NCBI RefSeq assembly: GCF_009914755.1
Contig: NC_060943.1
Reading direction: 5' to 3' (one strand)
From: the human T2T-CHM13v2.0 reference genome, Homo sapiens
DNA: 64,000 bases
Shown: in pieces, positions 1 through 28,074 of the stretch
How positions within the stretch are numbered: the stretch's first letter is position 1
How the letters are laid out: the number at the start of each line of letters is the position of its first letter
Position numbers and translations under genes: made by a program
Notes under the pieces: model-generated
Seen by the model: the letters and a program-made list of their open reading frames with translations, nothing else
Told to the model about the DNA's origin: nothing
The model's database searches: none

Positions 1-5650
<5,650 letters not shown>

Positions 5651-6187
5651 GCCTTTTAATACTAATACATTACTTTGGGTCTCATCCCACATCACTTCAT
5701 CAGAGAGCATCCTTCCTCTCACCTCAGTTATTTCTACTTTTTTTTCCACGTATAGATGTTTTTTCAGGGACCGGAGGGTATGGGAGGAAGCCTTGGCACG
5801 CCTCATCCCAAATGCCCGTTTCCCGGAACATCAGGCCCTTCCTCCTCTTCCTGTCCTCCCTGGCCTAGCCTGGGCTCCCTCCCGTTCTGAGGCAAGGCGA
5901 TTGCTCCATGTCACAGTGAGTGTGGAGTTCCCTGCACATACTGGTGACCTTGTGTCCGGAAGGAATTAGAAGGAAGAGCTCATGGAGTGCCAGAAGAAGA
6001 CAGTGCCTACTCTGGCAAGCTAGAAGCAAGCTCTGCATTAAATGCAAATATTGGCCGGGCACGGTGGCTCACATTTGTAATCCCAGCACCTGGGGAGGCC
6101 TAGGCAGGAGGATCACTTGAGCCCAGGAATTCACGACCAGCCTGGTCAACATAGTGAGACCCCATCTAACCCACCCCACCCCCGTCA

Positions 6188-6469
<282 letters not shown>

Positions 6470-6589
6470 TCACGCCTGTAATCCCAGCACTTTGGGAGGC
6501 TGAGGTGGGCGTATCACTTGAGGTCAGGAGTTAGAGACCAGCCTCGGTAACATGGCGAAACCCCGTCTCTACGAAAAATACAAAAATTA

Positions 6590-7560
<971 letters not shown>

Positions 7561-8256
7561 GGATCCGTTGGAGGGAATGGAAGGAAAGGCTGTAAGGTGC
7601 AGGAGGAAGCGAACCAAATTCAGTACTTGGTTGGTGACAGTTATGCAGTCGCCTTATTTGCTCTATCTAGGTGGACATTTTCTGCTTATGTAGTCAGAGG
7701 TGGATTGGTGGTTGTGGTTTATTAACCCTAAATTTTATTTCCTTATAAACTGGTAATTTATAAGAATTTCATTTGAGGCTGGAGCGCGGTGGCTCACGCC
7801 TGTAATCGCAGCGCTTTTGGAGGCCAAGACAGGAGGATCGCTTGGGCCCAGGAGTTGAAGATCAGCCTCGCAATATAGCGAGACCCCATCTCTGTTAATT
7901 TTTTTTAAATGAACATATTCAGACTGAGACCAAAAAACTACTACAAATTTTTAAAATATAAAATCAAATAAAAGAATTTCATTCGACTTAGATTTCTGTT
8001 TCCTTGGGTAGGAAACCAGGACACCATAGCCACAGCCCTCTAATTGTCTCCAAATTAATTATTTTAACACTCCCCAGGGGGACAGGGTCCCAAATCCTTG
8101 ACCTTGTTCCCCTAGCCTGACTCCTCTGGCGCTTGCAAATAATTCTTGATACCACTTCTTTCACCATATTCCCAAAAGGTAACTCCAGTCACGACATTAT
8201 CAACTCTTTGTCCTTTATTGCACATTTCAAACTAATTAATTTGTATTATTTTTTCA

Positions 8257-8646
<390 letters not shown>

Positions 8647-9318
8647 TCAGGGCTGTTTGGGCTGACACAGGATGCCCACAGCAGCCAGATCTGTTGAAGG
8701 GTCTGGTATCAGCCTGCTCCCACTGGACAGCCTGAAGTACGGGGTGGGGCCTCTTAGTGGAGGAGCTGGGTGTCCTGGGGTCGGAGGAATCTCTTGATAT
8801 CCCCTCCCTCTCAAAGCTCACCCCTGGGACACTCAGCTTTTCTTCCCCTAATTCCAGATCCCATTCCTTGGGGGACACATTGGTGTCCAGCCAAATGGAT
8901 GATGGTATTGAGGGGAAAAACAGATATGATTCTTGCCCTCTGGATTCTTTTAGACTGGTGAAGTGAGAAAACTTATCCCAAGGACAGGAAAACCCATCCC
9001 ACTGAGGTGATGCAAGAACTTGAAAAGCAAAATGTACTTCAGGCAGATGGAGGCAAAATGCAGTGTCTCTTGGAAGGGTGGTCACTGAGCCCTTCAGTGA
9101 GCAGGTTAGGGGGTGGACGATATCCCAGGTGATAGAATGACCTGACTTAGGCCGGGCGCGGTGGCTCACACCTGTAATCCCAGCACTTTGGGAAGCTGAG
9201 GTGGGCGGATCACTTGAGGCCATGAGTTCGAGACCAGCCCGGCCAACATGGCGAAACCCTGTCTCTACTAAAAAATACAAAAATTAGCTGGGTGTGGTGG
9301 CAGGTGCCTCTAATCTCA

Positions 9319-9456
<138 letters not shown>

Positions 9457-9778
9457 TCAGACGTACCTCTGTTCCAGGTTAGCGCAGCCCCTTCCTGGGT
9501 TTGTCCCCTGCAAAAGATTTGTTCACTTATTGCAGTTTCAGTTTTTTTCTTTTTTAAGTAACTATAAATGTATTTCATCAGTAGACCTTGAAATATAAGA
9601 CAGTTTTGCAAAGAGGCAAGAAGGAAGTGGATTTCAGAAAACATTAAATATCTAGTCTTATGTTTGTTAAAAATTATTACTTATGGCTGGGCGCGATGGC
9701 TCACGCATGTAATCCCAGCACTTTGGGAGGCTGAGGCAGGCAGATCACGAGGTCAGGAGATCGAGACCATCCTGGCTA

Positions 9779-10078
<300 letters not shown>

Positions 10079-11270
10079 TTAGTGTTGGGAATACTAAGGA
10101 AAAGAGAGAGAGAAAACTCTCTTCTATCATGACTGCAGAAAATGAATACATTTCCACAAGTAAGTGTAGCAAATAAATTGGTGAATTACAGAGATTCACC
10201 AAAACATCAATTCCTCTGCTTTGCAGGGTGGCAAACTTGTGACAGTGGATAACTGTTCTCTTCCTGTTATCTAGACATCAGAGTTTAATGCGAAGTCCTA
10301 GTAGGACAGGACTTGGTAACTCCTAGAAGTGTTCCAATATGATTTAGTACATGATTTGTTACCATAGAAAGAATAAATAACATGTTTATTGTCTGAAGAG
10401 GATGGATACTTTTACTTTTCCTGTTAAGGTATGAAATATAAGTGCCTTACAATTTCCTTCCTTGCTATAAACAGTGAATTTGAGTGATTTTACTGGAATC
10501 TTCAAACCCTGGGTATTTTCTCATTGAAAATTAAATGCATAACCTTGACTGGGAAACAGAGACAGCAGACTAGTGACTTGAAACTAAGACCAATCTTGAG
10601 CCTTCAAAGAGAGGACATTACAGGCCCAGTGGTTCTTGCTGAGGAGCCTCCCCTGCAGTGTCCCAGCTGCTCACAACTGACTTTGGGTGGAGCCCTTTAT
10701 AGTGAGAGAAGCTCAGAGCCCTGGAAAGCTGGGGATTCATAGGCAGAGGTGGTTGAGGTGATGCCTTTCTGAGAATGTACTTGCTATTATCTTGGGTCTG
10801 TTTGTAGACGTTTCTAATGAAACAAATCTGGATTTAGGTAAGGAGTGATTTATTTTATTTTTATTTATTTATTTTTTTTGTGTGTGACAGGGTCTCACTC
10901 TGTCTCCTAGGCTGGAGTGCAGTGGTGCGATCATAGCTCACTGTAGCCTTGATCTCCTGGGCTCAAGGAATTCTCTCACATCAGCCTCCCAAGTACCTAG
11001 GACTAAAGGCATGTGCCATGATGCCTGGCTTATATTTTTAAAAAAGTTTTTTTAAGAGAGACAGGACGTTGTTATGTTGCCCAGACTGGTCTCTAACTCC
11101 TGGCCTCGAGCAATCCTCCCACCGTAGCCTCCCCAAATTCCAGGATTATGGGGGTGGGGCGGGGAGCACCACCACACCAGACAGGAATGACTATTCTAAA
11201 GGATAATCGAAAGGGGAGAAGGCACCAAGTATAAAATCTTCAAGCATCTCAGGCTGGGCGTGGTGGCTCA

Positions 11271-11741
<471 letters not shown>

Positions 11742-12079
11742 TCAAAGTTCAGGGGCTGGAGGAAGAAGAGAAACTTAACCAAAGTTTTGTTAACAGGTAC
11801 TTTGTTCTGACTGATCACTGAAGACAGAGCTGTTCAGCTAATCAATTGTGAGGAAAATAAAGGGAATTTCTAGTCTGTGTATGGCTTTGTCATAGGTAAA
11901 AAAGCAGTGTCATCTAAGTCATAATGAGAAGAGTGTTTCTTTGCGTAACCTGCTCCTGCAGAATACAAAAGACGGGGGAGTTTCTTTAACCATAGCTATT
12001 TCCAGGATTACATACCTGCCCAATCTTCTGCCGCCATTTTCCCTTACATCCATCCCTTCCATTTCGCCATTTCTGATTT

Positions 12080-12300
12080 ATATGCAGTTGCTGAGAAGTA
12101 TGGGTGATCCCTGGGGCTTGTGACTGGCATCTGCAGTGGGGCACTGTTATGGTAATGAGCCCTGAACTTGTGGGGTCCCCGTTAACTCTGGGTAGTGTCA
12201 GAATTGATTTGAATGCTTAATTGGTGTTGGAGAATTGGAGATTTGGTTGTGTTCAGCAAACACCACACATTTGGTGTCAGAAATGGTATATGAAAAAAGA
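12080..12300 (+). mobile_element. MER21-like LTR 3' portion
   Basis: GGGTAGTGTCAGAATTGA...CACACATTTGGTGTCAGAA resembles the MER21 end. Confidence 0.6.
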
Positions 12301-13262
12301 CACTAGAGATCAGAACCTTCACCTGGCTCTGGGTAAGTGTTCGCTGGTGAGAATTGAGACCCTGGAGGAGGGAGCATTTCCACACTGTGAGGAGAGGAGA
12401 GTGGGTTGTGTGAAACACCTGTGGACTCACTACCCAGGTTCATAAATGGGCATTGGGCATTTCTGGTATGTCCTGATCTTGTCTCCCGTCTGTACCCACA
12501 GGTGACCAGGTCCTCATTTTTAAAAGGTGGTTCTTCATAGTTTTACCATCTATTTATCATTAGGCTGAATTTTGCTTGGCTCTTCCTCTTTTGAATTTTT
12601 AGTAAGTTATTACCATTAATATTATGCCAAAAAGAGTTTTTTTTTGGTTTCTTTGCCTGTTTGTTTCACGCATGCTGGTTTCTGCATTTAGTTTGGGGGT
12701 TAGGATTTCAGCAAATGAAAGTTTGGGCAGGGGATGGTGGTGGAATACAAACATTCAGTCTGTTAACAATCCTAACTGTATTTTGTACGACATCTTGGCT
12801 ATTCTTAGCCTTTTTTTTTTTTTTTTTTGAGATGGAGTCTCACTGTGTAGCCCAGGCTGGAGTGCAGTGGCGCTCTTGGCTCACCGCAACCTCTGCCTCC
12901 GGGCTCAAGTGATTCTCCCACCTCAGTCTCCCAACAAGCTAGGACTACAGGTGCACAGTACCACACCAGCTAATTTTTGTATTTTTTTTTTTTGTGGAGG
13001 CGGGGTTTTGCCATGCTGTCTAAGCTGGTCTTGAACTCCTGGGCTCAAGCAGTCCACCCAGCTATGCCTCCCAAAGTGTTGGGATTATAGGTGTGAGCCA
13101 CTACGCCCGGCCTTATTTTTGTCTGTTTTTTGTGGAAGTGATATCATCCTATATGTTATATTGTATGCCATCTGTCTATTTCACATAGCTGTGAATCTTC
13201 CATGAAATGGTATTTTATTCACTATTTTACTTAATAAACTTTATTTTTTAGACCGGTTGTAG

Positions 13263-13553
<291 letters not shown>

Positions 13554-14893
13554 TAACTCCTGGCTCAAGTGATTCTCCCATCCTGGCCTCCCAAAGTACG
13601 TAAATATGATATCATATATATCATATAATTGATGAACCAATATATCATATATGATGATGATCAGAATTGGTGAGCCAATATGTTACTAACTAAAGTTTAC
13701 ACTTCATCAAAATTGGTAATTTTTGTTCTTCAAAGGACACCAAGAACTTGAAAAGATAATTCACCAAGTGGAAGAACGACTTGCAAATCCTGTGTCTGGT
13801 GGGGCATCTTATCCAGAAGCAGCCTGAGTCTCAGTCCCCTCCATCACACTCCATCAGGGTGGGGGCTGAATTGGCAGCCAGGACTCCCAGGTATCCTGTC
13901 CCATCACTGTAGGAGGCAGTCTACCTCCTGGACCTCTCTCTGGGCAGTTGTGCACCTGCAATCCTGGATCTCACCCAGATCATGGGGTGACAACAGGGAG
14001 TGGCCATCCAGAGAGAAATCTGAGCCTGGTGTTTTGGGTTTGTGGGTGGGAGGTACTCTCAGGACACCCTCCCCCTCCATGGATTCAGACTTGGGTGGGC
14101 CCAGCAGAATGGCATGTGTGGTTCCCAGCTCCTTCATCCCCAGTGGGAGGGAGCCTGTCATCCCCTATGCATTTCAGATAAATGAACCAGGGTCTCAAGT
14201 TTACAGCCTTGTTCCCTGTTAAAGAGAGATTGCACTGGAAACTTGTTAAGAATGTCAAGGAAAAGTTTATTAAGCACAATTGCAGTGAGTCATGACAGCT
14301 GTAATAGGGGAGGGAGATTGAATTCAGCCTTGAATGCAGCAGGAATATTATTGGATTTATAGCCAATGTACAAGGTGAGGGAGAGAATGGAACTTGGTTG
14401 GGTCTCATAGGTGGGAGAAAAAGAACTTGATTGGATATTAAGGTAGGAGGAGTCTCTATAAACTACCTTAGATGGATTCTTGCTGAAACTGACTTCTGCA
14501 GGCCAGTGCCAAGCCCTAGTCAAAAAGAGGGCTCTGAGGAGCTTGACTCAAGTTTGGTGAAGGAAGGAGTACTTGAGACCTCTTCAGCCTAGTTTTTCTT
14601 TCTTTCTTTTTTTTTTTTTTTTTTTTTGAGATGGAGTCTTGCTCTGTCACCCAGGCTGGAGTGCAGTGGTGCGATCATGGCTCACTGCAACCTCTGCCTC
14701 CCAGGTTCAAGCAATTCTCTGCCTCAGCCTCCCAAGTAGCTGGGGTTACAGGTGCCCACCACCAGGCCTGACTAATTTTTTTTTGTATTTTTAGTAGAGA
14801 CAAGGTTTCACCATCTTGGCCAGGGTGGTCTTGAACTCCTGACCTCATGAGCCACCGTGCCCAGCCTCTTCAGCCTAGTTTTTCCCAGGGCTC

Positions 14894-17842
<2,949 letters not shown>

Positions 17843-18926
17843 GGGTCAAAATAAGTTCCTAAGTTTCTGGTTTCCCTTGCCACAATCCCAGATGTCAACT
17901 TCCCCTCTCCAGTTGACATTATCTTCAATTATGTCTCCCCCATGCTAGGTTTGAAGCAGCTGTAATATTTTAGTTATTTATAATTTTCCATAGAATAATA
18001 AATAACAATTTTAAAGATTTATCTTTTTGTCAGTGTATATTTTACATGAGACAAAAGCTATTCAAGTGGTGAGTAGCCATTTGAAATTACATTGTGTAAA
18101 ATCTGTGTCCCTAATGATTCGTGGTGTTGAGCATATTTGTATGTGCTTATTGGCCATTTGTATATATCCTGGAGAAATGTCCATTCAAGTTCTTTGCCCA
18201 TTTATTATTTATTTATTTTTATTTTCACTTTTTTTTGGAAAGAGCTATGATGCCCAGGCTGGATTTGAACGCCTGGGCTCAAGATCCTTCTGCCTTAGGT
18301 TCCTGAAGCTGGGATTACAGGTGTGTTCCAGCATGCCCAGCCAATTTTGCCCATTTTCTAATCAATGTGTTTTTTGCTGGTTTATTACAATAACTTATTA
18401 TTATTATTATTTTTTGAGACAGGGTCTTGCTGCATTACCCAGGCTGGAGTGCAGTGGTGCCATCTCGGCTCACTGCAATCTCCGCCTTCTGAGTTCAAGC
18501 CATCCTCCTGCCTCAGCCTCCTGTGTAGCTGAGACTAGAGGGCATGCCACCATGCTCAGCTAATATTTGTATTTTTTGTAGAGACAGGGTTTTGCCATGT
18601 TGTCCAGGCTGATCTTGAACTCTTGAGCTCAAGCTGTGTGCCCACCTCAGCCTCCCAAAATGCTGGGATTATAGGCGTGAGCCACCATGTCCAACAATTT
18701 ATTATTATTAATTGTGGCTATAAAAACAATTAAAAATCTACCATCTTAAGCATTTTTGTGTACAGTTTAGTAGTGTTAACTATACTCACCTTGTTGTGCA
18801 ACCAAACTCCAGCAATTGTTCCCATTCTCTCAAATTTATTTTTTCTTTCTTCAAGGTGGTTAATTTTATCTTCAAGTTAGCTGATTCTTATTTTGCTTGC
18901 TTGAATTTGCCATTGAACACCTATAG

Positions 18927-19265
<339 letters not shown>

Positions 19266-20349
19266 TAACTCCTGACCTTGTGATCCGCCCACCTTGGCCT
19301 CCCAAAGTGCTGAGACTGCAGGCGTGAGCCACCGCGCCTGTAATTTTTTGTTGATATTATTGCATGCATCCTTTTCTTAGTTTTCTTTATTTCTTTCTCC
19401 ATGGTTGTCTTTACTACTTTGAGCATAGTTAAGGCGGTTGCTTAAAGTCTTCGTCCAGTGAGCGCAATAACTGGAGATTCTCAAAGATGGTTTATCTCAA
19501 TTTTTTCCCATTGATGAGCCATATTTTTCTGTCTTCTTTATGATTTTGTTTTTGTTGAAAAGTGGGATTTGAATTTTTTTTTTTTTTTTTTTTTTGAGAC
19601 GGAGTCTTGCTTTGTTGCCCAGGCTGGAGTGCAGTGGCACAATCTCAGCTCACTGCAACCTCCGCCTCCCGGGTTCAAGCAATTCTTTTGAATTCAAGTC
19701 TTTTGAATTCTTCTGAGCCCAGAAAAGGTCTTTTCTGGAAATGCGTTCTTTCCTGGACATGAAGGGGGCATTCTCAATTCCCCAGCATACCTGGGTTTTT
19801 CTGAGTATCCTAATTTCTGAAAGAAATTTTTCTCCTCAGCTTTTCTTCCCAGGCTTTAGATGGTCTATCATATGTCTCAGCCATAATCTGTTGGCTCAGG
19901 TAGCTTCAGGGTTTTTGTTTACTTTATGACATTTCAAGCAGTTGCTGCCCTTTTTTTTCCTCAAAAAATAAAAATAAAACAGTCAGATGTGGTAGTGTGC
20001 ACCTGCAGTCCCAGTTACTATGGAGGCTGAGGTGGGAGGATCATCTGAGCCTAGGGAGGTCGAGGTTGCAATAAGTCGTGATTACGCCACTGCACTCCAG
20101 CCTGGGTGACCGAGTAAGACCCTGTCTAAAAACAACAACAAAACCTTGTGTAACTGCTGCTAATTAGAGTATATATTCAGGGCAACTTGAATCTGTACTC
20201 CTGGTTTGCAGTCCTCAGCTCTGGCCCCAATAGACTGTCCATTTGTATTGATTTTGCCTAAGTTTCTTCCTTTTAGATCAACAAACTTATGGAGCGCCTT
20301 TCTGTTTCATAGATGGGATGCTTCTTGATTCGTGACTCGCTAATAATAG

Positions 20350-20615
<266 letters not shown>

Positions 20616-21541
20616 TGATCTGTCCGCCATGGCCTCCCAAAGTGCTGGGATTACAGGTGTGAGCTACTGTGCCCGACCCCAAATTCTTGACCTTCTTGCC
20701 AACACTTGTTCTTTGGAGTGGTTGATTTTTATTGTGAGTCATAGGAGTTTTTTATATGTTCTTGATACTAACACCTTGCCAGATATATGATTTGCTGATA
20801 CTTTTTACAATTCCCTGGTTGCCTTTTCCCAGTGTTGATAGTGTCTTCTGACACAGAATTATTTATTTAGAGACAAGGTCTTGCTCTGTTGCCTAGGCTG
20901 GAGTGCAGTGATGATGTGATCCGAGCTCACCCCAGTCTCAACCTCCTGGGCTCAAGGAATCCTCTTCCCCCAGCTGCCTGGCCTACACAAGTTTTTAATT
21001 TTGATGAAATAAAATTTGTCTTTTTTTTCTTTTGTGAACCATGTTCTGGTGTTTTATCCAAGAAATCAATGCCAGACCCAATAGAAACTTTTGCTGTGTG
21101 TTTTTGTTTAAAAAGGAAAATTAGAACAGAGTTAAAAGATCCAGTTGGCTTTTATTTGCAATTCATGAATTGGGGTACCATCCCATTCTATAAAATAGAA
21201 TAAGAGCTCCCGCTGGGCGTGACAGAAGGGTGGGTTTTGTAAGGAACAAGAGAAACAGAACAACAACAAAGCAGACTGGTTAACATCAGGTTACTTTTAT
21301 TGAAAGGGTAAAGCAGAGGGGACGTCCTTATTATGCCAGCTGAGATTGACTGGGCCCTTTCCTATTGGTTGCTGTGAGTCTCCTGTTTTGGGGAAAAACT
21401 GGGTATGTTTGAGGATCTACCTGCTTCTTTAAAAATTTTAGTTTGATTATGTGGCACTTAGCATGAGTGACTCCATTTTGGTTTGGTCTCATTTGTTGGG
21501 GACTAGTATAGGATTTTAGTCCAAAAAAATGGCCTGCATAA

Positions 21542-21851
<310 letters not shown>

Positions 21852-21969
21852 TAGCCAGGATGGTCTCGATCTCCTGACCTCGTGATCCGCCTGCCTCGGC
21901 CTCCCAAAGTGCTGGGATTACAGGCATGAGCCACCGTGCCCGGCCTGCTTTTTTTTTTTTTTTTTTTGA

Positions 21970-22125
<156 letters not shown>

Positions 22126-22289
22126 TAGTAGAGATGGGGTTTCACCATGTTGACCAGGCTGGTCTGGAACTCCTGACCTCAGGTGATCTGTCTACCTCGG
22201 CCTCTCAAAGTGCTGAGATTACAGGCATGAACCACCTTGCCGGGCCTCAACTGCATTTTTTCACATGTAGGTATCCAGTTTTCCCAGAA

Positions 22290-22515
22290 CCATTTTTTTT
22301 TTTCAACTTTTATTTTTGGTTGAGGGAGTACCTGTGCAAGTTTGTTACATGGGTAAATTGCGTGTTACTGGGGGTTGGTGTATTTCATCACGCAGGTAGT
22401 GAGCATAGTATCTGATAGGTTTCTTTTCCACCCTCACCCTCTTCCAACCCTCCCACTTCAAGTAGGCCGCGGTGTCTGTTGTTCTCATCTTTGTACTCAT
22501 GTCATCACCATTTTT
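22290..22515 (-). mobile_element. Short 5'-truncated L1PA/PB 3' end
   Basis: Antisense L1 tail (TTCAACTTTTATTTT..GTTTGTTACATGGGTAAATTG); flanking repeat ACCATTTTTT. Confidence 0.7.
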
Positions 22516-22588
22516 TGAAAAGTATTTTTTTCCAATAATGAATCTGGGCACACTCGCCAAAAGTCATTTTACCATTTATGAATGTGTA

Positions 22589-23380
22589 CCTCCCCTCCCC
22601 TCCCTCCCTTCCCCCCTCCCCTCCCCTCCCCTCCCTCCCTTCCCCCCTCCCCTCCCCTCCTTCCCCCCTCCCCTCCCCCTTCCTCATCCCCTTCCCCCTC
22701 CCCTTCTTCCTCTCCTCCTCCCTCCCCCCCTCCCCTTCCCTCCTCCCTCCCCCCTCCCCTCCCCCTTCTTCCTCCCCTTCCCCCTCCCCTCCCCCTTCCT
22801 CCTCCCCTTCCTCCTCTCCTCCTCCCTCCCCCTCCCCTCCCCCTTCCCTCCTCCCTCCCCCCTCCCCTCCCCCTTCCTCCTCCCCTTCCCCCTCCCCTCC
22901 CCCTTCCCTCCTCCCTCCCCTCCCCCTTCCCTCCTCCCTCCCCTCCCCCTCCCCTCCCCTACCCTCCTCCCTCCCCTTCCCTCCTCCCTCCCCCTCCCCG
23001 TCCCCTCCTCCTCCCCCTCCCCCTCCTCCCTCCCCCTCCCCTCCTCCCTCCCCTCCCCTCTCCCCTCCCCTCCCCCTCCCCTCCCCTTCCCCTCTCTTCC
23101 TCTCCCCTTCCCCTCCCCTCCCCTCCCCCTCTCCTCCCCCTCCTCTTCCCCTCTCCTCCCCTCCCCCCTCCCCCTTCTCCCCTCTCCCCTCCCCTCCCCT
23201 TCCCTTCTCCTCCCCTCCTCCCTCCCCTCCCCATCTTCCCTCCCCTCCCCATCTTCCCTCCCCTCTACTCCCGTCACCTGTCCCTCCCCTCTCCTCCCCT
23301 CACCTGTCCCTCCCCTCTCCCCTTCCCCCTCACCTCCCTTCCCCCCCTCCCCTCTCCTTTCCTTTCCTTTTTCCTTTCCT
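22589..23380. repeat. ~790-bp C-rich polypyrimidine low-complexity tract, (CCCCT/CCT)n
   Basis: Almost purine-free on the + strand; abuts the tail end of an antisense Alu monomer (23381-23497). Confidence 0.97.
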
Positions 23381-24625
23381 GACATAGGGTCTCACTTGGT
23401 TTCCCAGCATGGTCTTGACCTCTTGACCTCAAGCCATCCTCTGGTCTTTGGCCTCCCAAAGTGCTGGGATTACAGGCATGAGCTACCATCCCTGGCCTGA
23501 AGGTGGTATCTGTTAAGAGCAATTCCCTGAGCATATTTCAAGATGACTACTCTTACCCTCTTCCTGCCATAAGCAGGAAGCAATTTTTCTATGATCTTCA
23601 CTGTGAGAACTGATGAAGTTTCTGGAGGTAGAGCTCACACATTTCTGGGGGCCCCCTATGACTGGATCCCCTGGATTTTTACCTCTTTTTTTTTAAAAAA
23701 CAGCTAATTAAAAAAAATATTTAGTAGACAAGAGGTCTCGCTATGTTTTCCAGGTCAGTCTTGAACTCCTGAGCTCAAGTGATCCTCCTGCCTCCATCTC
23801 CCAAAGTGTTGGGATTACAGGCGTGAGCCACCGTGCCCAGCCAGATTTTTACACTTAGCCTTTAGTAATTCATTAGTTGCAATTTAGGTTTTCCTACCCC
23901 TGTACTGCTTCCCACAGAGATTTTGCTATGGGAGTCTGTTCTAGTAAGTTATGACTCTTTTATCAGTTAGGTTGGTGGGATCCTGTCTAAAATCCAGTAC
24001 CCAGATACTGTCAAAGCTCAAACTTTGTGAACAAGCATTTCTAAAGATACACAGTCTCAGGGTGGCTAATGTTAACTCTTTTTTCTGCACTCTAGTTACT
24101 AGATTTTTTTTTTTTTTTTTTTTTTGAGACGGAGTCTTGCCCTGTCACCCGGTCTGGAGTGCAGTGGTGCAATCTCAGCTCACTGCAAGCTTCGCCTTCT
24201 GGGTTCACGCCATTCTTCTACCTCAGCCTCCTGAGTAGCTGGGACTATGGGCACCCACCACCGTGCCTGGCTAATTTTTGTATTTTTAGTAGAGATGGGG
24301 TTTCACCTTGTTAGCCAGGATGGTCTCGATCTCTTGACCTCGTGATCCACCCGCCTCGGCCTCCCAAAGTGTTGGGATTACAGGCGTGAGCCACCGCGCC
24401 CAGCCACTACATGTTTGTTACAACAGGTGCTACAGGCCTACCTTACAGAGAGACATTAGGGGTGGCCCAGGCAGTACATACTTCTCCCACCAGAGAGGCA
24501 TGCTCCTATTCTGCTGTTGCTAGTTCAGTTCTAGCAGCAGAATTGCTTTGTGGAAGGAAGTGAGTCTAGACAGAGGGTAAGTTTGATGACTGTGGAATCT
24601 TGAAATAAATGTTTGGAAAGCATAG

Positions 24626-24889
<264 letters not shown>

Positions 24890-25012
24890 TAGCTCCTTAA
24901 CACTTTGGGGAATAAACCAGGCATGGGTACAGGGAATTATGAATATAGAATCTAATACTTTTTTCATAATTTTATACTAATTCATAATGACTTTTCTGGG
25001 TCTAAATTTTAG

Positions 25013-25073
25013 GAAAACAATGGGAAGACCAGAACATTGAAGACCCATTCAAAATTCCCAGGAGAAATATAAG
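25013..25073 (+). CDS. ZNF627: ZNF627 exon 3, short post-KRAB-A exon (GKQWEDQNIEDPFKIPRRNI)
   Basis: TTTTAG| acceptor, 61 nt, |GTAATT donor; homologous to 60533-60593 and frame-compatible. Confidence 0.93.
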
Positions 25074-25153
25074 GTAATTTGCACTCACAAAAGAAAGTTC
25101 TGTTCCTTGAGAGCATTTCGTATTGTTAGGAATTTTTTTTTTTTTTTTTTTAG

Positions 25154-25259
<106 letters not shown>

Positions 25260-25920
25260 TAGCTAGGACTACAGGCACGTGCCACCACGCCGAGCTAATT
25301 TTTTGTATTTTTAGTAGAGACGGGGTTTCACCATGTTGGCCAGGATGGTCTTGTTCTCTTGACCTCGTGATCTGCCTGCCTCAGCCTCCCAAAGTGCTGG
25401 GATTACAGGCCTGAGCCACCATGCCCAGCAGGAATTTTTAAAAGCAAGCAAACAACATATAAGCCCAGCTTCAAACTGTTTTGTTTTTAGAAAATCTTCT
25501 CCAAGCCAGGCATGGTGACTCACGCCTGTAATCCCAGCACTTTGGGAGGCTGAGGTGGGCAGATCACGAGGTCAGGAGATCGAGACCATCCTGGCTAACA
25601 CGGTGAAACTCCGTCTCTACTAAAAATACAAAAAAAAAGTTAGCTGGGTGTGGTGGTGGGTGCCTGTAATCCCAGCTACTCGGGAGGCTGAGACAGGAGA
25701 ACGGCGTGAATTGGGAGGCAGAGCTTGCTTTGAGCCAAGATGGCACCACTGCACTCCAGCCTGGGTGACAGAGTGAGACTCTGTCTCAAAAAAGAAAAAA
25801 AGAAAATCTTCTCCAAAAACATAGTTAAGTGTAACATAGATGTTCAGTGTTTGCAAAATAGTTCAATTATAGATAGTATTAAGAAACTTCATACGAATAT
25901 CTTTTTTTTTTTTTTTTTGA

Positions 25921-26204
<284 letters not shown>

Positions 26205-26288
26205 TGAATATCATTTTCTTTCTTTCTTTTTTTTTTTTTTGAGACAGAGTTTCGCTCTTGTTGCCCAGGCTGAAGTGCAATGGCATGA

Positions 26289-26531
<243 letters not shown>

Positions 26532-26787
26532 TGAATATCATTTTTTGATAATAGGTATGGTTGTGACCTATTGCAGACCATTTAGTCCACTCATGTTCAA
26601 ACAGTTGAGACAGGCATAAAACGTACACTTTCCCTGGTAATGTTAAACATGTGAATCCAAGGCCAGGCATGGTGGCTCACGCCTGTAATCCCAGCACTTT
26701 GGGAGGCAGAGGTGAGAGGATCCCTTGAGCCTTGGAGTTCAGGGTTCACGCCTGGGCAACATAGTAAGATTCTGTCTCTGTATTTAA

Positions 26788-28074
<1,287 letters not shown>

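Noticed and set aside
22472-23500. Pro/Ser/Leu-rich ORFs of 342, 269 and 266 aa and a Gly/Arg/Glu-rich 233-aa antisense ORF
   Set aside because: A C/T-only tract cannot contain stop codons; open in all frames, intronic, low-complexity artefact.
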